From the NCBI RefSeq assembly GCF_006345805.1, contig NC_042998.1:49352001-49416000 (forward strand): a DNA stretch of 64,000 bases. The letters are read 5' to 3'. Made by a program: the position numbers and the translations under genes. Numbering within the stretch: position 1 is the first letter of the stretch; every line of letters begins with the position of its first letter. Of the stretch, positions 1-12,965 are shown in pieces. The notes beneath the pieces were generated by a model. It did no database searches. It saw nothing but the letters and a program-made list of their open reading frames with translations, and had not been told where the DNA came from. This DNA comes from Octopus sinensis. Lineage: Eukaryota.

Positions 1-79
1 CCTTTTTGCTAACCATTTAACTGTGAAGTAAGAGTTAAATGTCAGCAATATATGGTGTCTTGGAATCAGCAATGTTAGG

Positions 80-282
80 TGTCTGGTTTCAAATTTTGGC
101 ACAAGGCCAGCAATTTTGGGGGTGGGGTCTAGTTGATTATATTGGCTCCCTGTGTTCAACTGATGCTTATTTTATCAACTCTGAAAGGATGAAAGGCAAA
201 GTTAATCTTGGCAGAATTTGAGCTCAGAACATACAAACGGACAAAATCCATTTTTCCCAGTGTGTTTCTGCCAGCTTGCCAT
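80..282 (-). mobile_element. tRNA-derived SINE (family with GCCTTTCATCCTTTCGGGGTCGAT central domain), decayed
   Basis: Contains the reverse complement of GTTCTGAGTTCAAATT...CTTTGCCTTTCATCCTT. Related copies at ~11275-11480, 15185-15400, 27460-27655, 27920-28135. Confidence 0.7.
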
Positions 283-293
283 CTTGTTCCTAA

Positions 294-1275
294 TCTATAC
301 ATAAAAAGCTGAAGTTGTCTGTGCGTGTGTGGCAGGTTTGGTAGCCTTCAACTAACACTATCTCCTCCGAGACCCTGCAGCACAAGTTGACCAAAATTGA
401 AAGTATGATAGAAAAAGGCTTGCTCTTCATTCCGTAGAAGAAAAAATTCAAATTGGACTGTGTTAAGACCAAAAATTATTTACATCAAAAGGGTGCTTTT
501 TTTTTTTCTATGAAAATCCCTATTTTTTACGATTTTTTTTACTGCTGTGTCACCATTTTTCAGTGTATTTCAACCAGAATAATGTTTACTTAAAGAGAAT
601 AACAAGCTACATAATGCAAAATTTTTACTTTTCAAAAATTTCAATTCTAAAGGGTTGGAAAGAATTTTTTTGTGATGTCATTGGTTTTGAGCGAACGACG
701 GATTTTCCTGTACTTTTTCTTAGTGAATAGTGTTGCAGTGTTAACTTCTTAATAGATTTTCAGTGCAGTTTGAAACTTGAGCTTCATTTTGCTTTAAATC
801 TACGGGTAATTTTTTTTCTCCATAATCATCATCATCATCATCATTTAGCGTCCGTTTTCCATGCTAGCATGGGTTGGACGGTTCAACTGGGGTCTGTGAA
901 GCTGGAAGGCTTCATCAGGCCCAGTCAGATCTGGCAGTGTTTCTACAGCTGGATGCCCTTCCTAACACCAACCACTCCGTGAGTGTAGTGGGTGCTTTTT
1001 ACATGCCACCCGCACAGGTGCCAGACAGAGCTGGCAAACGGCCATGAACGGATGGTGCTTTCTAATGTTAATAGAAGGAATATTAACCAACAATACCAAC
1101 AATTGAAGTCGGCATTACACATTGCAGCACATTCAGAGAAAACTTGAGCATTGCCACACTATACTTTTATTCATAGATTGAAACCATGTCAAAACTTCGT
1201 TAACGTGACATCAAAGTCTGCTGGTTTAAGCGCAACTAAAAAACAAACCTGAGCAACGCCGGGCTATACAGCTAG
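294..1275 (+). mobile_element. Non-autonomous Helitron with an RTE-tail/SINE insertion at ~823-1065
   Basis: Starts A|TC and ends with a GC-rich hairpin (CCTGAGCAACGCCGGG) then CTAG|T. A second, shorter copy lies at 14558-14947 on -. Confidence 0.75.
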
Positions 1276-1363
1276 TATATATCAAAATTCAATAAATTTC
1301 CAGTTGAAATTTATAGAAAAATAGTTTCTTTTAGCTGATTGTTTTTTTCAAATTTATTTTCAG

Positions 1364-1510
1364 TTAATACAAGCTCATGATGACAGGAAATCTTCCATTC
1401 ACAACTGCATCAAGGTGATCTCGGATAATGTGAATATTTTAAAGGACCAGCGTTCAAATAATCCAGATAATTTAAATATATTAAAAGAACTTAGAAGAGT
1501 ACAAACAAAT
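1364..1510 (+). CDS. CCDC58: CCDC58/MIX23 internal coding exon (LIQAHDDRKSSIHNCIKVISDNVNILKDQRSNNPDNLNILKELRRVQTN)
   Basis: Polypyrimidine tract + CAG acceptor (1361-1363), 147-nt open phase-0 exon, GTTAGT donor at 1511. The peptide aligns by eye to recalled human CCDC58 [49 protein letters not shown]. Upstream exons lie outside the window. Confidence 0.9.
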
Positions 1511-1613
1511 GTTAGTATCATGATTTTAATTACATTTATTACATTCCTTTTAATTTGTTTTATCTTCCACACTTAGAATTTAAAAAAAAAGCAGGGTGGT
1601 TTCAATATGTTTA

Positions 1614-1805
1614 CTCTTTTACTTGTTTCAGTAATTTGACTGGCCATGCTGGAGCACCGTTTTTAGCTGAGCAAATCAACCCGGGACTTATTCTTTGGAA
1701 GCCTAGTACTTATTCTCTCGGTTGCTTTTGCTGAACCACTAAGTTACGGGGATGTAAACACACCACCATCAGTTGTCAAGGATGTTGGGGAGATCAAACA
1801 CAAAC

Positions 1806-1844
<39 letters not shown>

Positions 1845-2010
1845 CATATATACGACGGGCTTCTTTCAGTTTCCGTTTACCAAATCCACTCACAAGGCTT
1901 TGCTCGGCCCGAGGCTCTAGTAGAAGACACTTGCCTAAGGTGCCATGCTGTGGGAATGAACCCGGAACCATGTGGTTGGTAAGTAAGCTACTTACCACAC
2001 AGCCACTCCT
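1614..2010 (-). mobile_element. tRNA-derived CORE-like SINE (octopus OR-type)
   Basis: Head GGAGTGGCTGTGTGGTAAG...GGTTC, CORE-like CC(T/A)TGGGCAAGT, internal (TA)/(CA) microsatellite, tail ...GAAACAAGTAAAAGAG. Many further copies in the window. Confidence 0.8.
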
Positions 2011-2289
2011 GTTTAAGAATTTATTTTTGTTAACTTTTTCAGATATTTGAAAATTATTATTGTGTCTATTTTTATATGATAGTTTTGTTCATACAAGGGC
2101 ATGGCTGTGTGGTTAAGAAGCTTGTTTTGCAACTATGTGGTTTTAGGTTCAGTCTCACTACATGATATTTTGGTTAACATGTGGCTATAGTGGAAGGCAC
2201 TTGCCGAAAGTGCCACACATTTGGACTGGCCCCAGAACCATATGGTTGTAAAGTGAACTTCTTAACCATGCAGTCATAGCTTTGTATAT

Positions 2290-2830
2290 TTTATCATCAT
2301 TATGTTCACATGTTTTTCCATTCTTGCATGGGTTAAATGAGTTTTCTCCAATACAAGTCCTCACTACATCTTGCATTCCTTTGCTCTCTCCTTAGTGAGG
2401 TCAGATCTTCCCTAGACTTCCTTTCTAGTACTGTCTCCTTCATTTGAATTTCCTGGAACATTTTTACCCAGCTGTCATCATCCATTACCAGTGCAATCTC
2501 TCCCTTGCATACTGTATCTAATTCTCTTATACAGTTTTTCTCTCAACTCACCTGTATTCCGTTATTCATGTTTTTTAACATTAAACATCTGGCAGAGCAT
2601 GCTTACTTCATTTCTTTGCAGCCTCGCACATTTGCATTTAATGCATGTTTCTCTACAATGCCATACCATACATCATATATAAAACCATCTGTACAATCTA
2701 CCCTTTGCAAACAAAGGGAAAATCTCTTTGTTGGTAGCTGAGACAATAGCTCTCTGAATTTTATATGCACTTTCCTTTTTCTTCTATGCTTTCAAAGCAA
2801 CCTCCTCTACTGCTGATGATGAGCTTACTT
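2290..2830 (-). mobile_element. Decayed RTE-clade LINE 3' fragment
   Basis: Similar to 14080-14480 (-) and 20790-21280 (+), which translates SLRVKGRLHVSCVRKAMLHGSET, typical of the RTE RT C-terminus. Confidence 0.55.
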
Positions 2831-3118
2831 GGGTAATAGAAACTATCAACTATGTTTGAGGTTTTTTATTTCACAAGTACTCTCTCTTTCACTGTGTGTG
2901 GGTGTGTGTGTGTGCGCGCATATGAAAGTGAGTTTGGAGGAATGTTATCCGAGCAGATACCGTATTGGCTCTCAGTTAAGTTGCAGTTAATGGCTAACCA
3001 CTTCAATCAGTATTTAACTTCTGTGATTACTATTTGTTGCTAGTCACTCCATGAATTCTTCTGATGGGTTATTGGGTTATTTTGTGTATGCTTCACTGGA
3101 TTGTAAAAATTGTCTGGA

Positions 3119-3153
<35 letters not shown>

Positions 3154-3156
<3 letters not shown>

Positions 3157-3341
3157 AGAATTCACAAAAAAAAACAAAAGACGAAGACAGGTGGTGTAGA
3201 CAACAAACAGATGTATTAGTATAATGCTCGGGAAGTGAAAAAGTCTTTAACGTTTCGAGCCTACGCTCTTCCACAGAAAGGAACACAGAATGAAACAAGG
3301 AGAGAAAATAATGTGTAGTGGCTAGAGATCTATCATGGCGA
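3154..3341 (-). mobile_element. Short Penelope-derived non-autonomous element in (TA)n, with an HHR-like motif at 3245-3280
   Basis: Flanked by (TA)n on both sides. Minus strand reads CTTT-CTGTGGA-A-GAGC(GTAG)GCTC-GAAA-CG-TT-AAAG. Homologous to the split element at 39640-39866/44375-44444. Confidence 0.6.
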
Positions 3342-4039
3342 ATATATATATATATGTTACTCATGGTTGCAGATGCATCCTTGCATTATTATCAGTGCAG
3401 CTTCATCAGAGTCCATCCATTTGGTCATCCTGGAAGTTAGCTGAGTGAAGTAAATTTTTGTTAGTTAATGTTCTGCAGGAGGTGGGAGGGTTTTATTTAT
3501 AGTCATAAGACTCTGAAGTAGGAAAATTTAATTATGTCATTCTCTTTTGAATAAGTATGAATAATATTGAATGGGAAGAGGTTAGCAATCTGAAGACATT
3601 AGCATTGTATAGGGCAGGGGTCGGCAAACAAGGGTAAAAATGAAATTCTTGTGGGTCAAGAAGATTCATTAGACATAAGTAAAATTATATTAAGAAAACG
3701 TGTCCCTTGTTACGGCAGAAATGTTTCTTTTGGCATGAGGTGGGAGTCAAAAAGTTGCTGTCTTTTGCAACAACCTACCTTTGCAAACAAGGATTTTCCA
3801 CTCTAATGAATGTAAAAACAAAGAGTAATTGACTGGACCCTGAAGACTGTATCCAAATTGCTCTGGCATCAAAATGCCCCAATTTTGATGTAATTGTAAC
3901 AGAGATGGAACATCATTTTTCCAAAACCTGAAGTGAAAAAGTTTCTAGAAAAGTTTTTTTTGTTTCATAATGAGGGTGTTGTGTCTGGGCACTTGAGAGA
4001 ATCCATGTGCTCTTAGTGCTTCTTGTTCCTGCTCATCTG

Positions 4040-4870
4040 CCACATACAAAGACGACTTTATCTGTTAATCTACCTGTGATTCCACTGCACCGCTTATGTG
4101 TCCATAGTTTACACTGGGTGCAGCGAATGGAATTTCTTCCAACTCCTTTCCTACATATTGAGCAGGGTCATTTACCTGATTGAAAGAGAGTTTTATCTTC
4201 ATTTTTACTAACAACAACTTTGGTCCAGGTTTTATTTCCATACCTGGAATTTCTTCTCCAATTCTGCTAAAGATTTTGCAATAAAAAAGCAAGGTCATCA
4301 GCTTATAGCAGTTCCCACGGGCACTCAGTTTTGAATTTCTCTATTATGGCCTGGAGGACTATAATGATTAAGAGTGGGCTGAGAACTGAGCCCTGGTGAA
4401 CCCCTACCTGTATGCTAAATTCATCACTGTATTTATGGCTGACTCACCTTACTGACAACACCACTGTACATGACTTGTACAGCTCTAACAAGCTACTCCT
4501 AACTTCCTTAGAGACCACCATATAACAGAGTGGGGAACTCTGTTGAAAGCTTTCTCCAGGTCGACAAAGGCTAAGTACAATGAATTACTTTTGGCCAAGT
4601 ACTTTCCCTGCAGCTATCTCACTAGAAAGATGGCATCTGTGGTACTCTTCTCAGGTACAAAACCAAACTGCATCTCATCTAGTTTAATTCTATTTCTAAT
4701 CAATTGAGCTATAACTTTCATGATTTGGTCTAGCAATTTAAATACCTCTGTTTCTATCTAGGGCATTACCTTTACCCTTATACCAGCTAACTACAACACT
4801 ACTACACCAGTCATTGGGGATGGTGCCTTCCTGAATAACCTGATTAACTATACAGGTGATTGTATTCTCC
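4040..4870 (-). pseudogene. RTE-clade LINE reverse-transcriptase fragment
   Basis: Minus strand encodes GVHQGSVLSPLL...ADD and a downstream PCSICRKGVGRNSIRCTQCKLWTHKRC zinc-finger-like segment, with stops and frameshifts. Confidence 0.8.
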
Positions 4871-5344
4871 ATATAAATAGATTCATTAAACCTTTTTAAT
4901 TCAAGGAATCTAAGATTTTCTTCCTTTCAAATCAAGGTGGGTAATGTCGGCGTAAATAAATACATTTTGTGGTAATTGGTTAAAAAAAGTTCCCTGATCC
5001 CCTGTTGTAGGGTATGCTGAGTGTGCAAATGACTCAGGGTGGCTACTCTTTGTCTATATAATCCTCACTGTTCCTCTGTCTTCTAGCTTAGACATGGTTT
5101 TGTATATTGTTGTTGCATGCATGTTTTTAGCCATAGATCTTCTCTTACCCATTAATCCTACTGCATATTCATTTTAGAATCTGTTATGTTTATTTTAAAT
5201 GGGACACACAAAATATTCATTAGCATACTCCCATTATAATACTTATGTGTGTAGTCTAGCGTGTGTTAGGTGTGGCTCTCTGTAAGTTCTGCCCTTTTTA
5301 CAACTTTGTAACATTTGATATGTGTATTCATTCCACTTTAGTTT

Positions 5345-5626
5345 TTGTAAGCCTATTCTTTGTAAGCCTATTCTTTGTAAGCCTAGTACTTATTCTATCG
5401 GCCTCTTTTGCTGAACCACTAAGTTACGGGGACGTAAACACACCACCATCGGTTGCATATATGTATGTGTGTGTATATGTTTTTGTGTCTGTGTTTGTCC
5501 CCACAACATCGCTTGACAACCGATGGTGGTGTATTTACGTCCCCGTAACTTAGCGGTTCAGCAAAAGAGACCGATAGAATAAGTACTAGGCTTACAAAGA
5601 ATAAGTCATGGGGTCGATTATATATG

Positions 5627-5672
<46 letters not shown>

Positions 5673-5860
5673 CATACATACATACATACACATATATGAC
5701 GGGCTTTTTTCAGTTTCCGTCTACCAAATCCACTCACAAGGCTTTGGTGGGCCCAAGGCTATAGTAGAAGACACTTGCCCAAGGTGCCATGCAGTGGGAC
5801 TGAACCCGGAACTATGTGGTTCGTAAGCAAGCTACTTACCACACAGCCACTCCTACGCCT
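5345..5860. mobile_element. Cluster of OR-type SINE pieces including an inverted pair (~5370-5455 vs ~5517-5603) and a minus-strand head (5695-5860)
   Basis: Direct identity to the 1614-2010 family; 16-bp tandem TTTGTAAGCCTATTCT x3 at 5345. Confidence 0.75.
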
Positions 5861-6282
5861 ATTTAGAATGATAATAAACAGTGTGTTCTATTTGTAGTTT
5901 CTGCAAATATCTGGAAGAAATTCTGGTGCAGTCATTCATAGTACTCTATAACTGATTATTTCCCTTGGTGCTTGTAGCAACGACTTTTTCTCTCTTTCTG
6001 AGCGAGATTCATTCTATGGACTAATTCAGAAAGTCTCTTAAGCAGTTAAATAATATACATACCGTTTTTACTATGTTTATTTTGTTTTTATACATTTTTT
6101 ATAGTATCTTTGCTGGAACGTGATTGTTGAATGATAATTCTTGTGTGTACATTTAGACGTATGATTGCTATTGGTGAAGCTGCTGTACTTAGTAGTATTA
6201 TCAGTTATGATATACAGAGCAAACATAAGGGAAATATGATAAACATGCAATTCATACCATGTGTTCATCAATATATATTGTT

Positions 6283-6570
6283 TGTTCCTTCTCGAGCCAC
6301 GCCTGGCTCATAAGGGCTTGTTTCCCGGTTTCCTTGGCATATAGGTTCCCACCTGGACGGGACGCAAGTGAGCTGCAAGATGCAGGAGGATAGAGTGAGA
6401 GAAAGTTGTGGCGAAAGAGTCAGCAGAAGTTCGCCATTCCTTTCTGCCAGAGCCGCGTGGAGCTTAGGTGTTTCGCTCATAAACACACACACTGCCCGGT
6501 GTGAGATTCGAATCCGCGATCCCTCAACTGCAAGTCCACTGCTCTAACCACTAGGCCATGTGCCTCCACT
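6283..6570 (-). mobile_element. tRNA-derived SINE (GTGGAGGCACATGGCCTAGTGGTTAGAGC head)
   Basis: A-box TGGCCTAGTGG and B-box GGATTCGAATC on -. Related heads at 16718-17060 (+) and 29068-29215 (-). Confidence 0.7.
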
Positions 6571-7174
6571 AGGTCAATATATAAAGTATATTAAATACAC
6601 GAAGTACAAAAATAACTCAAAATGGTCAGTACCATCAATCAGGACAAATAAAAGAATTAAATACCATATAAGATAGATTACACTTTTACTCTTTTACTTG
6701 TTTCAGTCATTTGACTGTGGCCATGCTGGAGCACTGCCTTTAGTCGAGCAAATTGAACCCAGGACTTATTCTTTATAAGCCTAGTACTTATTCTATCTGT
6801 CTCTTTTGAGTGTTCCAGGCATTGTAATGGAAAGGTGGGAAGAAATTCTAGTATGTGTTAAGGAAAGGGTTGATAAAAAGTGCATTAGGGATAAACTAAT
6901 GAAGGAACCCTGTAGGATGGGAGCTGTGTGTAACAGGAATGCCTGCAGGTTACTGCATATACGTGCATTCATACAAGAGCATACATAAGCATACAGGCTC
7001 ATAGAAATATGACCAAGCATGTACAGGATGGTTAGAGTATGAGGTAAGTAAATAAAGGGTAGAAAGTAAGTTGGGGTGGGGGACAAGATGGTTTGGTTAT
7101 GAAATCTTTAAGAAATTGGGTTACAAAATTGAAAGTTACGTCCCTTGCATTTACCAAGTTTTGAATTAAACATA

Positions 7175-7822
7175 CAGGCGTGACTGTGTGATAAAAAGTT
7201 TGCTTCTTAACCGCATGGTACCTGGTTCAGTCTTACTGCATGACACTTTGGGCAAGTGTCTTCTGCTATAGCCCCTGTCCGATCAAAGCTTTGGGAGTGC
7301 ATTTGGTAGATAGAAACTGCAAGAAGCCCATTGTGTGTGTTTTGTGTGTTTGTGTAAATATATATATTTTATTCTTTTACTTGTTTCAGTCATTTGACTG
7401 CGGCCAGGTTGGAGCACCGCCTTTAGTCAAACCAATTGACCCCAAGACTTATTCTTTGGAAGCCTAGTACTTATTCTATCGGTCTCTTTTGCCGAACTGT
7501 TAAATTATGGGGATGTAAACACACCAACATTAGTTGCCAAGCGACGGTAGGGAGGGAACAAACACAGACACACAAATACATACATACATACATATATATA
7601 TATGCATATATATATATGATGGGCTTCCTTCAGTTTCCATCGGGTGTGCATATATATATGTACAATGGGCTTCTTTCAGTTTCCATCTACCAAATCCACT
7701 CACAAGGCTTTGGTCAGCCCAAGGCTATAGTAGAAGACACTTGCCCAAGGTGTCACACAGTGGGACTGAACCTGGAACCATGTGATTGGGAAGCAAGCTT
7801 CTTACCACACAGCCATACCTGC
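7175..7822. mobile_element. Two OR-type SINE copies in opposite orientation (7175-7350 +, 7375-7822 -)
   Basis: Identity to the 1614-2010 family. Confidence 0.75.
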
Positions 7823-7841
7823 ACTTCTATACACACACACA

Positions 7842-8510
7842 TACGAGGGGGTGCTGAAAAGTTTCTGGATTTAGGTAAAACAAAATACAGGAGTATCAGT
7901 TAATTATGATTTTATTCAACATATTCCCACCTGATTGGCACTTGTGCTAGTGGAACGTTAAAAGCACATCCGAGCGTGAGCGTTGCCAGGGCCATGGATT
8001 GGCTCCTGTGCCGGTGGTATGTAAAAAGCACCATTCAAACGTGATTGTTGTCAGTGTTGCCTTACCGGCAATGTGTTGGAGGCAAGTGAAAAACAACATT
8101 CGAGCATGGTCGTTGCCAGTGCTGCCAGACTGGCTCCCGTGCAGGTAGCAACGTGAAAAACACCTTTTGAGCGTGGTTGTTGCCAGAACCGTCTGACTGG
8201 CCCTCATGCCGGTGGCACGTAAGAGCACCCACTACACTCTTGGAGTGGTTGGCGTTAGGAAAGGCATCCAGCTGTAGAAACTTTGCCAGATCAGATTGGA
8301 GCCTGGTGCAGCCTTCTGGCTCACCACTCCTCAGTCAAACTGTCCAACCCATGTCAGCATGGAAAGTGGATGTTAAACGATGACGATGATGGTGATGATG
8401 ATTCCTCTCACAGATTCACACACTTATGCAGCAGTCATTCAGTTTTTGTAAACCCTATAAAAAAACTAGGATGGATGTGCCTCCAGCCAGGCCTTTTTGA
8501 TACCCCAAAA
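7842..8510 (+). mobile_element. Mariner-like MITE interrupted by an RTE-tail repeat (7930-8400)
   Basis: Left end TA|CGAGGGGGTGCTGAAAAGTTTC. Sequence resumes after the (GAT)n tail, colinear with the intact copy at 28341-28560. Confidence 0.6.
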
Positions 8511-8893
8511 AGCCAAGAACTAGAGTTCCTTCTAGTACCATCTGACTATGCTTTACCAACACAGACTAAAGCAAGATTTTTCCAGGTGCAAATCTGTGGT
8601 CTCATTAAGAAGATGGACATGTTGCTGCCATAGAAGCATAAAGCATTTGTGATAGAATGGTTAAACCCCACAAAAGCTATTCTGACTGATTCATGACTAT
8701 AACTGTTCAACCATGAAAAAAAAAAGGCTTTAGAAAAAAGCTGATACTAATCTTGTTCATTTCAAATCTGTAAATTTAATTTACTGTTGTTTTTCAGCAT
8801 ATCTGTCTGTCTGTTTCTGTCTGCCACTCTCTCTCTCTCACACACAGATACACAATGTGCACATTTGTTATTTATTTCTTTATTTCTGTTTAG

Positions 8894-8953
8894 CTTCGTC
8901 TGTTGCAAAGTGAATTGACTGTTGAAGAAGTAGTAAGAGACAGAAGTTTAAAG
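8894..8953 (+). CDS. CCDC58: CCDC58/MIX23 penultimate coding exon (LRLLQSELTVEEVVRDRSLK)
   Basis: TTTAG acceptor, 60 nt phase 0, GTAAGT donor. Matches human [20 protein letters not shown]. Confidence 0.93.
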
Positions 8954-9002
8954 GTAAGTTTTACACTGGATTCTTTTGCAGCTCACACACAGTTTATTGT
9001 AA

Positions 9003-9590
9003 TCATCATCATTGTTTAATGTCCACTTTCCATGCTAGCATGGGTTGGACGATTGGACTGAGGTCTGGCGAACCAAATGGCTGCACCAGACTCCAATCTG
9101 ATCTGGCAGAGTTTCTACAGCCGGATGCCCTTCCTAACACCAACCACTCCGATAGTGTAGTAGGTGCTTTTATATGCCACTGGCACGAGGGCCAGTTAGG
9201 TGGTACTGGCAACAGCTACCCTCAAATGGTACTTTTTATGTGCCACCTGCACAGGAGCCAGTCCAGTGGCACTGGCAATGACCTTGCTCGAATGTTTTTT
9301 CACGTGCCACCAGCACAAGTGCTAGTAAGGTGACGCAGGTAACGATCATGCTCGAATGGTGTTTTTAACGTGCCAGTCGGCACGGAGGCCAGCTTGTTGC
9401 TCTGGCAACGATCTCACTCGTATGGTACTCTTAGCGCTCCACTAGCAACGGATGTCAATCATCGAATTTGATTTCGATTTCACTTGCCTCAACAGGTCTT
9501 CGCAAGCAGAGTTAAGTGTCCATAAATGGACTGGTTATACCCCTGGCATAGGCCACAAGGTTATGGTCTCACTTGCGCTTGCCGAGTCTT
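9003..9590 (-). mobile_element. RTE 3'-tail repeat / RTE-dependent SINE with (GAT)n tail
   Basis: Same family as 823-1065, 7930-8400, 9822-10000, 13570-13790 and 21300-21478. The last of these directly follows an RTE ORF remnant. Confidence 0.7.
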
Positions 9591-10002
9591 AAAGATTAAA
9601 AAGAATATTTAATGAAATAGTCGTTATGTTGTTGTTTTAAACTTTCCAACTTTGACCATCCTATCATTTTTCTTATGTGTAAGAAACAGTATCACATCCA
9701 ATATGTTTTTCTATGATGATAGAATATGGTTTGGTAGAGATATTTGACTGTTACTTTTTGCAAGTCAAGTGGTTATTTACAGAATCCCTTGTTGGCTTGT
9801 GGTTTGAAACACTAAATATTGTCATCATTATCATCATTTAGTGTCTGTTTTATATGCTGGCATGGATTGTATGGTGTGACGAACTGGTATGCCAAAGAGC
9901 TATACCAAGGTCCAGTCTGATTTCGGCTTGGTTTTTACAGCTGGATGCCCTTTCTAATGTCAACCACTCCAAGAGTGTAGTGGGTGCCTTTTATGTATCA
10001 CC

Positions 10003-10460
10003 ATCACCGATGCCTTTTACATGTCGCCGTCACGGGTGCCCCTTACGTGTCACTGTCATGGGTGGCCTTTACGTGTCGCCGTTACGGGTGCCCCTTACGT
10101 GTCGCCGTCACGGTGCCCTTTACGTGTCGCCGTCACGGGTGCCCTTTACGTGTCGCTGTCACGGGTGCCCTTTACGTGTCACTGTCATGGGTGCCCTTTA
10201 CGTGTCGCTGTCACGGGTGCCCTTTATATGTCGCCGTCACAGGTGCCCTTTACGTGTCGCCGTCACGGGTGCCCTTTACGTGTCGCTGTCACGGGTGCCC
10301 TTTGCGTGTCACCGTCACGGGTGCCCTTTGCGTGTCGCCGTCACGAGTGCCCTTGCGTGTCGCCGTCTCAGGTGCCCTTTACATGTCACCGTCACAGGTG
10401 CCATCACAGGTGCCTTTTATGTCTCACCATCACAGGTGCCTTTTATGTGTCACCGGGTGT
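10003..10460. repeat. GC-rich 26-bp minisatellite (CACGGGTGCCCTTTACGTGTCGCCGT)n, ~17 units
   Basis: Visible tandem periodicity, expanded inside the RTE-tail repeat starting at ~9822. Explains the spurious repetitive ORFs here. Confidence 0.9.
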
Positions 10461-11829
10461 CTTATAGAAAAAAGTTGTCCTCTTATTCACTATCAGTAAT
10501 CAAAGTATCTGTTTTACTATACTTTCATATATTGAATGAGTTTGTTGTAAATTGTCTTTTGCCAATCCCTCTGTGTCCTAAATCTGTCAGCTAAATTTGG
10601 ATTACTGGCATACTCAGTAATCATCTATCATCAACCCCCTTAACATTTTCTACTTTCTGTCTATTTCACTCTCTCTCTTTTCACATCACACATGCATTTA
10701 TGTAATCATTATATGATAAATGAATGACTCATCATCACACTGCATCCTGTTTTTAAGTCAATGTAATTATCTATCATATTTAGTGTCATGGTAGATGCGA
10801 CTACATGTGGAAAGCATACTCCTGATTTTAGAAATGTAATTCTAGGAAATAAATTTTTTATACTTATGAAAGCCACATGGGGAGCACATGCTAAATGCTT
10901 GTCATCACAAGACTGGTGAGCAAACAAGTGGAGCACATGTGTCCATAGTTGAATGAAATCTTCAGACACTTGCCTTTTATATAGTGGTTTACTACTAGGC
11001 TTTATTGTAGTATGCTCTTTGCTTTAACTGTCCTGCAATTAGGCTTTATGCTTTAACTGTTCTATGTTTAATTGTCCTTTACATTTTGCTTTAATTGTGC
11101 TGCAATTATTCGTGTAGCATACCATAGTGATTATGCTGCACCCAATATTGTTGATCTCCTACCAGCCGGTTGTTTGCAGTACTATCCATAGCATCAGTGA
11201 TACCATATATTTCATGAGGACTTCCGTTTTAATATGAGACCACAACTTCAAGCATCCATTCACATACTTCAGCTATTGGTTTCGAATTTTGGGACAAGGC
11301 CAGCAATTTCACTGGGAGGGGTCAAGTTAATTACTTTGACCCCTCTGGTACTTATTTTAGTGACCTGAAAAGGATGAAAGGCAAAGTCAACCTCAGTGAA
11401 ATTTGAACTCAGAACATAAAGACAGATAAAATGCCACTAAGCATTTTGCCCAGCATGCTAACAATTCTGCCAGCTGGCCACTTTAGATAATCAGATTCAT
11501 GGTATACTTTCCCTCCACCATCCATTTATTTCCTTGCTCCTTCTTGTTATTTTTAAAAGGTTTAACTAGGAAGTTAGACCTCTTGGAATTACTGCCAGAT
11601 GTGTGTTTAGTCTCTTTGTTAACATTTTGGTGTTTTCAAACCTTTAAGCACCAAACTGATCCCATACAAGCAGTGATTAATTTGTTTTATAAGAGGCCAT
11701 CAAATCAAGATGCTTGGATCACACTTTTTCTAAGTGTACCATGACACCTTCATTATTCATCCATCAATTAGGTTTGTAGAATGACATGAATTCAATTTAG
11801 CAGTTTTTCCTTTAATGTTTTTTCATGAA

Positions 11830-12390
11830 AATTAACAGAGGTGGAAGTTTGGCCCCATTAACTAAAACTGCTGTGTAGTGAATCTTTTCTTGTCCAGTAG
11901 TTTTACTAGTTATTGATTTCATCTTTTAACATTTACATTTTTATAAGACAGCATATGAAAAGCCAAAGGGTTTTTTATCCATATTTCCAATCTGACAACA
12001 TTATTAGTAAATTTATCGAATTTTGATATTTTCTCTTCGTAATCTGCAGGCATTTTCTGAGCTAACTTTGGTTCTGTTGACAAATTTAATCCATTTCGTT
12101 TCATGAAATGAAGCATCATTGAGCAGTTCCTTTGAAATCTTTCACTTCTGTGTTTGCTGCTAACTTTCTTGCTTCCAAAATGATAGTCGCAGCATATTCC
12201 AAGTTTTAAGAATGGCCATTTTGCTAGTGCTGTACAAAGATTATGCTTATTTTTTTTTCATTGAATTTTCAATTTTCGTCCTGGCAAATCATCTGCTCAG
12301 TTGGTGGAAGTCTGGAGTATCTTTTTGCTTTCTTGTTTCTATATTCTATGGCATATTGCACAACTTTGAGTTTAAATGTGATATATTTAT
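11830..12390 (-). pseudogene. pogo/Tigger-type transposase remnant
   Basis: FMKRNGL...AQKMPADYEEKISKF resembles the CENP-B HTH/linker of pogo transposases; fragmented. Confidence 0.6.
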
Positions 12391-12627
12391 GTCTCCTGCC
12401 ATATATGAGGGCAATAATTTGTGAAACTGAAAATGGCTAGTGAATGAATGAACAATGTTCTAGACTCTCGAATGTGAAAAATCAAAAATAATTCCTATTT
12501 ATTGTGATGAGAAGTCTACCTATTTCTCAATAAATGGCATTATCACTCCACTGCCAGTAGTAAGCAAACAGTACACCATCACTGGTAGTGTATCTGTAGC
12601 TAAGTTTTAAAAAACTATTTTATATTA

Positions 12628-12965
12628 GGCATAGCTGTGTGGTAAAAAGCTTGCTTCCCAACCACGCAGTTCCAGGTTCAGTGCTACTGCATGGCACCTT
12701 GGGTAAGGCTTCTAATATAGCCTTGAGCTGAGCAAAGCCTTGTTAGTGGATTTGGCAGACGGAAACTGAAAGAAGCCTGTCATATGTGTGTGTTTGTCCT
12801 TCACCAGTGCTTCACAACTGGTGTTGGTGTGTTTTCATTCTCCATAACCTAGCGGTTTGGCAAAAGAGTTCGATAGAATAAGTACCATGCATAAAAAAAA
12901 GTATCAGGGTTGATCCTTCAAAGCGGCGCCCCTGTGTGACTGCAGTCTAATGACTGAAACAGCCA
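12628..12965 (+). mobile_element. OR-type SINE
   Basis: Head, CORE-like domain and tail as in the 1614-2010 family. Confidence 0.75.

Noticed and set aside
10003-10460. CRISPR-like periodic repeat
   Set aside because: No unique spacers, eukaryotic context, no cas genes.
9854-10594. Long overlapping ORFs (246, 171 and 148 aa)
   Set aside because: Artefacts of a stop-free 26-bp minisatellite.
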